The translations under genes were made by a program, and so were the position numbers. Shown here one piece after another: positions 52,932 through 64,000 of a stretch of DNA of 64,000 bases. How positions within the stretch are numbered: the first letter of the stretch is position 1; each line of letters opens with the position of its first letter. Source of the stretch: Chlorokybus atmophyticus (lineage: Eukaryota; Plantae; Mesostigma and Chlorokybus algae). The notes under the pieces are model-generated. The model did not search any database and was not told where the DNA came from. It saw only the letters and a program-made list of their open reading frames with translations. Where the stretch lies: positions 1,349,932 through 1,413,931 of the forward strand of contig RHPI01002090.1 in the NCBI GenBank assembly GCA_009103225.1, read 5' to 3'.

Positions 52932-54411
52932 CTATGATGGCACTTCCTCAGGCTGATCTGTTTGCAACACAATAGCTCGCTTGGGGTGAGGCACCAGTGC
53001 TGCCTGCACGTCACCCCAATGACTCCGGTTCGCCCTGTACCATTCGGCCGTCTTCTTGAGCCCTTCTTCCCAGGGAGTGTTCTCTCGCCAGCCAAGTGCA
53101 GAGACCTTGGTGGAGTCCAGGAAGTACCTGGAGTCGTTGTACGTACGGTCCGGCACAAACTTGACAGTCGTATCCTCATCCAGCTCGAAGAGCCTGCATA
53201 TGTCCTTAGCGACGTCCACCACCTTCTTCTGGTGCTGCGTGCTGACGTTATAAACCTCCCCGGTCTTGCCTTTGTGCAGGATGAGATCAAACGCCTCCGC
53301 CACGTCTTCCACATATGCGTAGTTCCTTACATTGCTGCCGGCGCCATGAACTGGTAGAGGCCTGCCGTCTAGTGCGAGCATGAGAAACTTTGGGACCAGC
53401 TTTTCCGGAAACTGCCCGGGCCCGTACACGTTGCAGCCACGTGTGGTGATAATCGGCAGGCCATAAGCGATGCGGTACGTCGTGCATATCATCTCAGCAC
53501 CTGCTTTGCTTGCAGCGTAGGGATTGGTGGGCGTCAACCTGGACTCCTCCCCGTTGCCAACGACAGCAAACGGTGGGGCTTCACCATAAACCTGCGTGTA
53601 TGTACACATGAAGACCAAGCTACACCTGCAACTGTTGGCAACCAGCATGGCATTGGTACAGAGTGCACGACATTCTGTACCTCATCTGTGCTGACATGCA
53701 GGAACCGCCTGATCCGACCTGCTACCCTGGCAGCTTCCAGCAGAACATGCGTGCCATACACATTGTTGTGGGTGAACTCCAAGCTGCATGATCAGTACAC
53801 CATTAGTACGAGTACAGCACGGACTGTTGTCAAACCTAGCACTGGGGGGACTTGACTCACTTCTCCTACAACTGAAGCTCATCACAGTGGCGTTGGCACC
53901 CAACACTGACCGCGACCAATTGTGCATTGCATAATCGTGAAGCACATTACCTGTTGCCAAAGGAGTTGTCGACGTGCGTGGAAGCTGCAAAATGCATAAT
54001 TGTGTCAATCTTGAAGAAATTGAGGAGGTAGGAGACCAAGTCAGCGGAGCAAATATCGCCCTTGGCAAAGTGAAAATTGGGTTGGCCTGCGCATTCTGCA
54101 AGGTTCCGTATGCTAGCGCAATAGTCCAGCCGATCCAACACGACGACGTTGACGTCCGGATGCTCCCTAACAATCCGCCTCACAACATGCGAAGCAATGA
54201 ACCCTGCGCCCCCCGTCACCAGCACGCATTGAGGCTTGTAATCCTCCTCTGCTGCAGCTGTTGTTGCGACAGCCGCCTCCATGCCGCTGGCTAGGCGCTC
54301 TGCCGACGCAGCCGCCGGCTGTGACTTCACCACTGCTGCCGTCGTCGCTTGCACTGTAGCTACCAACGGCGGCTGCGCCCCAGGGACGTCCTCCACGGAC
54401 AAGGCCGTCAT
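52932..54411 (-). CDS. UDP/dTDP-glucose 4,6-dehydratase (RHM N-terminal-domain type, stand-alone)
   Basis: [56 protein letters not shown]|[26 protein letters not shown]|[38 protein letters not shown]. Three exons, stop at 52932. Confidence 0.95.
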
Positions 54412-55913
54412 ACGCCCTCGACGTTCAAAGCCCTTCTGCTACCCAACACGCACCTTACTGCACCCCAGCAGCTGGCAACCTTTTCGCAGACAACCCCTGC
54501 TCTCCAGCAACACCTCCGCTACGCCCTGGCATTGACCTTCATCGCCTCACGCACGCACGCGCCAGGCAGAGAGCAAGCAGCGCACACCACCCTGGATTGC
54601 TAAGAGAACCACCTGCTACGCAATCGCCCTCATACAAGCTCCGTCAACGCCGCAACCGCCACGGCCGCAGGGGAAAGCTACGACTACAGTGTTCCAACGT
54701 TGCGCTTGCACTCGCATGCGCTTGTGCGACGTTTGCCGCCACCAGCTGGCAACTCGCCACTGGCAAGCCGCCACTTCAGCAGCACGCCTCGCTTTTTGCC
54801 GCTGCCCGGCATGACAACGTCGACCGACACGCGACCGGATAGCGCGCAGCTATTGTCCGGACGACGGGCTTGCGTCACGAGACAAGTTGCGTGGTGACCT
54901 TCCTGTCGCAGCCCTGGTTTTGCCGGACAATGTTACACGCGTGACTGGCGGGTTCGCACGCCTGGATCTCATGTTATGAAGTTACAGTTGGTCGACTGCC
55001 ACGTGGATGGGACACTCTTGTGGTGGTTGTCTGTGATGGGACACGCTGCTTAGTACCTACGAGCAGAAGGGTTGGGTGCAAGATTCATACTATGGAACTT
55101 GCACTGTGAATGGACTGCAAAGCGATGGTTGCCTTCCATGATGGAGGCTCCATGATGGAAGCGGGATGGAACCTCCATCCCGCTGTGTGCGTCCAGGACG
55201 CAGCGTCCCCGACGTCCTACAACTAGGCTTGCGAACTCTTGCGCGCTCGAAGTACTTACATAAACACTGTTCCAGCCACTGCGCAGCACATCATGTTCTT
55301 GGCCTGCCATTGCAATTGGGTTTGGTACTGGGTTGTAGCCATGGTCAACCTGAGGCCCTGCTAATAAACTGTCATATTCGGGTAAAGGCAGACCGTTCAA
55401 GTCACATTGCTGTGAGTAAAGTAGTCTAGTGGATAACTACAAGAACTGATATACTGCACTCAACAAGATGAAAGCGTCGATATGACGCATCGCTACTGTC
55501 CAACAGCATACGCACTCAGCATACTGTAGTCAGCCCCCCGCCCAGCATCGGTGGTGCTGTCTGGATGGTAAGGTGCCTAGTGCTACTGACTAGCCGAGGC
55601 TGTCAAACAGAGCCACTCATTGTATTGTACCGACCACACCAGAATGTGGTAGTTCAAGCATTCACTCAGCAACATATCTGTACCGGCCTTGACAGCAGCA
55701 ACCGGGACAGAAATGCACACGCATGTCCAGCGCAACTTGCCAATGGGTAAGGCTATGGGATACACCACTACATATACATACAGTACACAACAATCATCAG
55801 TTTGTGCACTGTAAACTGATGCTCATGCGTTAGCTAAGTGCTCCCAGCCTGAACTATGCACACTAAGCAAAAATTGACGCTGCTTGAGCTAGTATACTCC
55901 TGCCGGCAGCTTG

Positions 55914-58900
55914 CTATAGGAAGCCAAAGTGTTTGAGACCGTCCACAATGCCTTCGGGCCCTTTTGAGCTCTCCACAGCATGTGCACCTGCCTGCAGTGC
56001 GAACTCCATCGTTTTCTGTGCAGGTCCTGCAGGGGTGGCAGTAGCATCCGGCACAACAACAATCCGCGGCACCCCCGCCAGGAGCTCAGCCTGATCGGCA
56101 TCTCCCTCAAATGCTGTGGCAATGAGCACCTCAATCAGAGGCAGTGTCGCCGCTGATGCAATGTACCTGTCAAACAACAATGATAATTGTTGAGACCAAG
56201 CAATAATGACCTGTCAAAACCGAAAACAACTTGGTGTGTTGCACAGCCAAGTACTCACCTGATTGCCTGAGCACGGGATGCGCGCAGTGGCAAGATGCTG
56301 AGAGAGGTGTTGCCCCGTGTGTATAGCAAGCGGCATCGGTAGCCACGTGCACGCAGCCATTGCTGCACATCGTCCGCCCAAGGAGTGGCTTTCGCTTGGT
56401 CTTGTGAGACAACACGGTACTGCAGGGAATGCGTGTCCGCATGCTCATCCTGCACGGCCATAACAGACATGGAACTGCCAACACTGCCATTCTTCATGCC
56501 GCGGTTGCCACGCTGGGTGAACTTGTCCATTGCATGCTTGATGGCAGCACGATCCCAGCGGAAATCAAGGTGTTCGGCAAACTCAGTGTCCAGCACAAAC
56601 TTGCTATCGTCATCATTCTCCCGACCAAAATGCGAACCCAGGCTGCCAATGGCGTTTGTAAAGTACACTTCGGCTCCGCTGGAAGCAATGACAAAGGCGA
56701 CATCTGCAGCAGATATGCCCGCTGCGCCCAGGGCAGCCTCCACCTCCTTGAGCCGCGCTGCTGTTGCAATGCCAAATGCCACGCTGCTGGCATCCTTCCT
56801 GGCAGACAGAGCTGCCTTGAGGGCTTTTGTCATGGCGTCAAACTCGCCTGGTTCGCCAGCACCCTTCACACTGTCCATAGCAATAACCACAATCTTGGAG
56901 CAGTTCTGCAAGGCCAAAGCCGCTGCCGCGGCGATGAACATGCCACGAGAGCCGCTATCGCTTGCCGTGCGCTTGAGGCCACCTGATGCCGCTTCCTTTG
57001 CGCCATCCTTCTCCAACTGCAAGTCGAAGTTCTCAAGTGACCCAGTCAATGACGCTGTCATCAACGTGTTGATGGAATTTGAGAATCCCCAGTTGGGAGT
57101 GCTGAGCTGCATCTGTCGGCATGCATTGACGGTTGCGAGGTAGTGGTTGCAGTGCTCTTCCCATGAGTATAGGCCTATATTCTGAAGACCATTGTTGCGG
57201 CAACTCTCCCACTCCACACGATCTGACACCAGACGCAGCATGGCATCACCGATAGACTTGTGGTCGAACGGATCCACCAAGAAACCATTGTGCAACGTAT
57301 CCAGGATATCATTTGGACCTCCATACTTGGTCGCGACCACAGGCACACCATGCGCAGCAGCCTGCATAAACACATTTCAGGGAAGGTGCAACAGCAGTCC
57401 TAAACTTGGAAGTTTTTTCTTGTGTGATACAGTGTATGCACGTGTCACGAATTTTGAACAACAACATCTTTTGACAGTTGCAAGCGCTGACGATTGCTGA
57501 CATCCATGCCAAAATTGACAAGAGCATGCCAAACTCTGCAGCAATATTGAGCTTTACATGCAGTGGCGCACATTGGGTTACCTCAATAAGAGTCAACCCG
57601 AAAGGCTCCTGAAGTGCAGGATTGACAAACACGCCCTTTGTGATCGCGGCATAGCTGTAAATGTCCCGAACTTCATGTGAGGCATGGTGTTTGGGGTATG
57701 CAACATGCCCATACAGGTCATAGGCGTCAATCAACTTCAGGATGGTGGTAAGCTCATTTGCAGAGCCCTTGGCCATTGCATCAATATTGTCACGGTTACC
57801 CAACACCAGTACCTGCTCGCCAACCATGTTCAAAAATATGCATAAGCTGGCGATTTCCAACCTGTATGATTGTGCATGCTGTCGGCATGATATCAGGAGC
57901 CAAAGAGGTATGCAAACGTTTACTGACCAGGTTTGCAATGTGCCGCAAGTTTGGCGTCTCAGCGAAGGCTCTGACCAAGGTGGTGACGTTCTTTTTTGGA
58001 TCTGGCCGGCACAGAGCCAGAATAGCAGGCTTGCGCGGGATACGTAAGAACCGAGAAATCTGCAAGACGACACTACTGAGGAAACGGAAGAAGACAGACA
58101 GCAGCGTGTGTAACAGGGACATTACTGTTAAGCGCACAGTGACAACAGGCCAACCTCCTTCCAGATCTCTGGCTCCTCCTCTGGTGGTGGGAAGACAGCA
58201 GAGCCATCTGGTGCAAACTCTGGAGCATGCACTGTGCTGAAGTCCATGCCAGGCGGAATCACCTGTGGTGGTGAACCCATACCAAAACACAAGGCCCATT
58301 GGGATCCACAACTCTCGGTATTGCCATAGACACGAATTGTGGCACAGCCTTCAACTACCCACCTGCATGTGAGGCATGAAGCGACCACGGGTCACAAAGT
58401 GGGAATGCATGCGCTGCTGGCGCGCGTGCAATGCTTGAGCAACGCCGGCATTATATCCATCGTATAGGCCCCACTGCTTTTCAATCTCCTCGCTTGTGCT
58501 GACAAAGACAACTTCAGCATTGTCCAAAATAGTCTCTTCAGCAGCAATCCTCCTCATTATGTTGTATGTCTGATCTGCTGCTTCCTTGGTCATGCGCCCA
58601 CCAGACAACAGCTGCTGCAATTTGTTCCGGCCCAGAGAATGGCCCGTAGCGACCATGGGAACGCCAAAGAAACCAGCAAGGATTGATGCGGCTTCGCCAG
58701 CATCAGCATAATGCCCATGGATGACAAATGGTCGCAATGGCTGACCGTTTGGTGAGGACATCTCCTTCCCCACCTAGTGGCCATTTCAGGCATATCAGCA
58801 ATTCAGGTAATTATGCATTGCAAGTGTCGAATAGTTTGTGTTGCACAAGGACATTGCCACAGAGTGCAAGCACCTGCAGCACATTCACATGAACCACCTG

Positions 58901-60206
58901 CCGCTACTAAGTGTTCTGGCCAGCAATGGAGCAAGACTGTACCTGGAGGATGTGCATGAGCGCATTATCCGCAAACTCCGGCATGTATGGCCAAAGCGCT
59001 TCCTTGTGCAGATAGTCCTCTGTTGGCCCACAGGGCACACGGATAATGTACGCGCCTTCACCTTGCTTATCACCAGCCAACAGCGTCTCAACTGGTTCAC
59101 CGTAGCTCGCATCGACTTTGGGATCTTTGATGAGGCGTGTCAGCAAATCAACTCTGCGAATGGCTGGCTGCTTTGCAAGTGCCTTGGCCAACTCCACAAC
59201 ATACTTAACCTGATAACACAGAAGTGAGACAGCCGAATGCACAGCAACAACCACTGCATCCATTGCATTCATGAGAAGTCAATATGAGATGTGCTGTTAC
59301 CTGTCCACCAGTGTCAGCATCCTTGCCGAGCTCCATTCTATCACCACGCACAAGTCCATGCATGCTGCGCAAACAGCACAGTCATTGTCAAGTATTAGCA
59401 TGAACTTGTGTGCATGCACGGGATCACTGACAGTAGGTTGTGTGAACACGTGCTCTTGACTACACACGCAATGCACACCTGATCATCACAATGTACAGGC
59501 CAGCTCCTGGCTCAGGTCCAGCTTGCGGCAACCACTCAGCCAAGTCACGGCTTGCATTGGCATCGGTGGGGCTGGCACCTGCTGCTGGAGAAGTTTCTGG
59601 CGGCTCACCGGCTGGAGCAGTTTTCTGAAAGACTTCGTCTTCCGTGGCCTCTGCATTGACATCCTGCTGAGCTTGCGCCTTCAATGCGCGTCGCTGTTTC
59701 CGAGTGTCAGCTTCTTCTCTCTCCACTGTCAGTTGCCGTGCAAAGTTAGTTGACGTGCATAACACCTGAACAGTCATGCAGACATAGTAGCAGTAGCGGC
59801 AATAACTGCTATAGGCTTGCACACTTACTTTGCCTCTGCAACCGCTTCATAAACCAGATCCGCCATGTCAGATACTCTAGTCGGCTGTCCTTCACCTCTT
59901 CATTGTTACTGGCAGTGAGCTGCCGAGCAACAAATTCACCGTTACCCATGTACGACTTTCACATGACAGCTCTCATTGTTCAAAGCGGTTAAGCCTGCTG
60001 CCTGCATAACTGACAATGATGCCATGCTTATACCTTGCTCCATGTGCGCTTGAGGTCGTCCTCATGCTTGGCAAGGATCTCGTTGACAAAGTACTTAGCG
60101 CCGGCGTCAGCATCCCGATCGAGAGCCTTGTGGCCGTAGTCCTCCACGCTGAACGTCGCGTCGACGTAGGCATCCAGATAGCTGGCAAGCCAGGCATTGG
60201 CAGCCA
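55914..60206 (-). CDS. SPS: Sucrose-phosphate synthase (GT4 domain plus SPP-like domain)
   Basis: [20 protein letters not shown] | [11 protein letters not shown] | LYIVMI|[22 protein letters not shown]|[34 protein letters not shown] | VIPPGMDF | [17 protein letters not shown] | [19 protein letters not shown]|[16 protein letters not shown] | RASRAQAIR|YI..., stop at 55914. Confidence 0.97.
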
Positions 60207-61189
60207 TGTCGGCTAAACGCCCGCAGCTGCAACCCTACACACTGTGTACACCAGCAAGTCCACCCTCCCGAGTTGAGGCAACTCAACCGCCTCCCTCCTG
60301 GCTGACGACAGCGCGATCAGGCGGTTGCAAGTGGCTCACCGGTGCGTTACACCGCGGCCTGGCGCCACCGCCGCCTCTACCACCTGCACTGTGCTACACT
60401 GCCAATGCACGGTGAAGGTCGCAGACCTGTCGTGTTCAGCACACACGCACAGGCAGTGATTCACCGGAGCTAGTGTCCAGACCTACAGATTCGCCACAGT
60501 GAACTCGAGGGAAACCATCGTGAACTGTTTGATTCGTGGCGCCAGTTCAAGGTCCCCCGTCCCGGTTTGTGAGCGGCACTCACGGTTAGGAATATGGCAA
60601 TGCATTAACCGTGCACAAGGAAGCAACTTTGTCTATCACAACTATAGATCTGTGTGTGCCGTAATGTAAGTGACTGTTTACCGGTAGCTTGATAAGCGCG
60701 TCGGCAGTGTGACTTGGGCTCTCACCTTCATGCTGGTAGGTTGTCACACAAAGTGGTAGTTCAAAACTTTTGGGCAGTGAGGTCACGGTTACTGGTAGGG
60801 TCAAGTGGGTTAGATGCGTCGTCGACATGGAGGACAACCGGGAATCATTTGCGAATGAGCCGAGGCATCGGCTTGCACGACCGATCTGCCACGTGGCCAA
60901 GTTTGTGGCTGTCATAAGATTCTGGCTGCTCACTTCCACAACGACGACAACGGTGGACGCCAGCCAGGCCTTGAGTTGTGGTTCCCCTCCTCGCGAACGC
61001 TGTTCACATGGAGCGCGGCACTTGCTGCACCGTATGCACACTAGGCCTACAGCCTGCCGGTATGGACTACAGGCACAATATGTTAATTGCAGGCAATACG
61101 GATCTCAAAAGTGATGGATGGGGAAGTTTACAGCTTGAATGTGCACACGTGTTTACGGGAGTAAGTGACATTGTAGTGGCAATGTGGTG

Positions 61190-61700
61190 TAATAGTCGAA
61201 ATATGGTAAGTATAAGTAAGTAATGTATATACAGCATATACAATACTTATATACGATATAGCATATACGATACTTATAGTAGTATTATATATTCTGTATT
61301 ATACATGCAGCATATACAATGCGATATATTTTGTATATATTACATAACACATATTGTATATATGGTGTACTGTATATACAATATAAAATCGTATATACAA
61401 TTCCATAGTGTATATACATTTATACAAAGTATATATATATGGTATATACACTATAGCATTGTATAAACCATCCTATATTGTTTATACATGATTGTATATA
61501 TAATCATATACATACCATCCTTATTATATATTGTATATACAAGAATGTATATAAAATTATATATACAATCCTATATTGTATATCAGATTGTATATATATA
61601 TATATATCCTAGATTTACAATATATCATCTTTAAAGATTGTATGAAGTTTATATATTTATACCTTCTTGATGCATACATAATAGATTACAATAATGTATT
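61190..61700. repeat. Degenerate TA-rich low-complexity tract
   Basis: Dominated by TATA/TATAC/GTATAT words, far more AT-rich than the flanking genes. Confidence 0.75.
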
Positions 61701-63664
61701 ATACAATAAAACTTGATATATGGATTCATATGCGCGTGACTGCGCAAAAGTGACGAGGATTGAAAGTTTATGCCAAGGTCAATCTTACAACTGATTACTT
61801 TATAGCTTGGATGATTGAACAGATGTTGATTCATGGTATTGTATGAATGTGATATCAAGGTGAACCACAATTGCATAAGCACACGTGTATGCGTCGGAGG
61901 TGAGCACGGTCATCACCATAGATTATGCGTGTGCGGCACGCATGTGCATATCTGTATGCGTTTAAGTTTAGCATGGCCATTATTATACGGTATGCGTGTG
62001 TGGCACGCATTCAAGTCGTGCACATGTTGTCCGTGCGCGCTTTGACATATGTTACACATTACACAAAGGGTAACATCTGTTGGCCATTTGTCGAGTGCAT
62101 AAAAAAACTTGGCACCATCACCAGCGCGTGCACTAATGCAAGGGACGCGCCATGACTTGAAAGCCTTTACAAACCACGCGATAGATACATCAAAGCTGTT
62201 CAAGCCACAAATGACTAAAATGACAGTTTTTCACAAGTGAAAGAACTTTCTTTGTAGTCGCGACTTATGTCGTATGAAAATGTCATGCACATAACAAGTA
62301 AGTAAGCACCGTGATTTGCTTCAAGATTGACATTTTAATCAAATAATAAAAGGAGTTTTTCTTATAAGTTGCGGTGTGCGTGGTCACAAATGTGGTAAGA
62401 GATCATTAATATGTTCAACATAGTTTAAACCTATTTTGAAGTATTGAAGAAATTGTCGCATTGAACGCAACGCGTTGCATGTGACATAACTATAGTGTTA
62501 TACAATTGTGTTGTTATCAGAGGTGACCCTCAAAGAACTTGACTGAACAAGTGCACCACTTGGCTATTACGCAAACTTTGTGTAAGGAGTGATTCTCACA
62601 TAATGATAATAATGTAGCATGAGAACGTTTTTGACTTCTGTTGCGTGTCGGTAACTTTGTATATGCCCACTGACCCCTACAGTGTAGCCGACTAGTCCTA
62701 CAGTCGTAGTTGTGCTACGCTTTATAAATTGCTATTTGCTTGTCGTTTGCTTTGACATTTGTGGTGTGCTTAGCCCTTCAACGTTACCGTACGCCCCCAT
62801 GAAACGCCATTATCACTGTTTTAAAGTCATGATGTCAAAAGCACTCCAATTTTTATAAAAGGTGACACGCAATGCTTGATGTAAAGGCATCATACGGCTT
62901 GATCAGGACCACGATGGCAAAAGTCGAGGCCGTTTGCCAATGAAGCAGAGGTCTTATCCAAGCCTGCCAGCAAGTCATGGGTTGCACATAGCTAGGCCCC
63001 TCCATTAGCCAGCCCCTTAGGTCTAGATGTGGAATGTGTGACACAAGTGTAGTTGAGTAGGAGTTAAGGTGCGAGGGCTGCATGCTATGCATCCGCATGA
63101 TGGCGCATGTGTTGCACAGCTTGTTAGTTATTATAATAGTTAAAATGATTAGTTATTATGATTATTAGGTGCTCGTGGGTGTACAGTATAAGCACGAGGC
63201 TGTTAGAAGCATGCATTTCAACGCCATGCATGACATGCATTACACCCTACGCACCTGAATGCTGCATGCACGACCACCGGGCTAACTATGTACTACTCTA
63301 CCTCTACTCCTACTCCCCCTTGTGTGTGATGCATGCATGCATCACTGGCAGTCATGGTAGTCACCTGCACAGCGGCTGTGTTCCCACAGCATGCAGCACA
63401 TGTTTGCATGTGCTGCATGCTGTGGGTGCTGCGCCTGTGTGTTGGGGTGTTGTTCGTGTGTGTTAGGCTTGCACAGCATAGAATGCACCCATCGCAATAC
63501 CTCAAGCATGCATTGCAAAAGCAACTCAGCTTGTCACACTGTCCAGAACCTTGATTGCAACAAATACAATGGCTGTGTTTGCTTGCGTGACTGTGACTGT
63601 GCATGCATGCATGTTTACATGCACCGCATTGCATACTTTGTAAACACAAGGATTGACAACATAG

Positions 63665-64000
63665 CTACTCAATCCCAGACGTGATGAACTTGCGGTACCA
63701 CAATTTTCCAAAGCATGCAGGGGCACCAAACCACGCGAGCAAGCACAATGCAATTCGGGCTTTCCAATTTATCAATCGTCTTGTGGCCTCTACCATGTCG
63801 GCCTCCAAACCGCAATATGAGAACCTCATGAACTTGTGTCCCCTATCAATATCAAAATCAATGCCTGGTGTCGTAGCTACTCCAGTTTGCTGTAATAGCT
63901 GCTTGCAGAACTGCAAGCTGTCTGAAGTTGTGTCGGATATATCCGCATACAAGTAGAATGCACCATCTGGTGCGCACAGGCCCTTGAAACCAGCCTTTGG
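63665..64000 (-). CDS. PLP-dependent class I/II (aspartate-type) aminotransferase, C-terminal part; 5' end is outside the window
   Basis: GFKGLCAPDGAFYLYADISDTTSDSLQFCKQLLQQTGVATTPGIDFDIDRGHKFMRFSY, a typical class I/II C-terminal motif set. The exact 3' end could be altered by an unseen intron. Confidence 0.85.
   Translation of the reverse strand, partial: PKAGFKGLCAPDGAFYLYADISDTTSDSLQFCKQLLQQTGVATTPGIDFDIDRGHKFMRFSYCGLEADMVEATRRLINWKARIALCLLAWFGAPACFGKLWYRKFITSGIE

Noticed and set aside
55050-55429. 116-aa and 87-aa ORFs downstream of SPS
   Set aside because: No recognisable domain or splice linkage. Probably UTR or intergenic.
60586-61041. ORF with TADALIKLPV...IVVIDKV, faintly like a PIF1/Helitron helicase
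   Set aside because: There is no Walker A, Walker B has K instead of E, and no other helicase motifs are present. The evidence is too weak without a profile search.

Overview
Eukaryotic nuclear DNA, intron-rich, standard genetic code, GT-AG introns mostly about 60-550 nt. It is most likely a green alga. The plant-type SPS N-terminus, At3g07400-like lipase and plant-like formamidase suggest an early-diverging streptophyte, but this is inference. The supplied ORF track is mostly exon fragments or noise, so I spliced exons by eye. I support 17 protein-coding loci: adrenodoxin reductase (5' partial), M14 carboxypeptidase, an orphan C4 zinc-finger protein, formamidase, a truncated CTL1/SLC44 gene, SWC2/VPS72, a coiled-coil+TPR+J-domain protein, IWS1, TFIIE-beta, a class-3 lipase/P-loop fusion, FAD2, eIF2B-gamma, DAP3/mS29, TMEM115/RBL19, a stand-alone UDP-glucose 4,6-dehydratase, SPS and the 3' end of a class I/II aminotransferase. 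A perfect 3.78-kb (GA)n tract next to a single N cuts the CTL1 gene and probably marks an assembly join. There are three AT-rich gene-free islands, several short tandem duplications, telo-boxes in divergent promoters and a perfect 26-bp intronic hairpin. I saw no rRNA, tRNA, CRISPR array or intact transposon. I found no clearly new multi-gene system. The best leads are the evolutionarily intermediate SPS, the USPL1-like zinc-finger orphan, the lipase-GTPase fusion, the hairpin and the telo-box promoter pattern.
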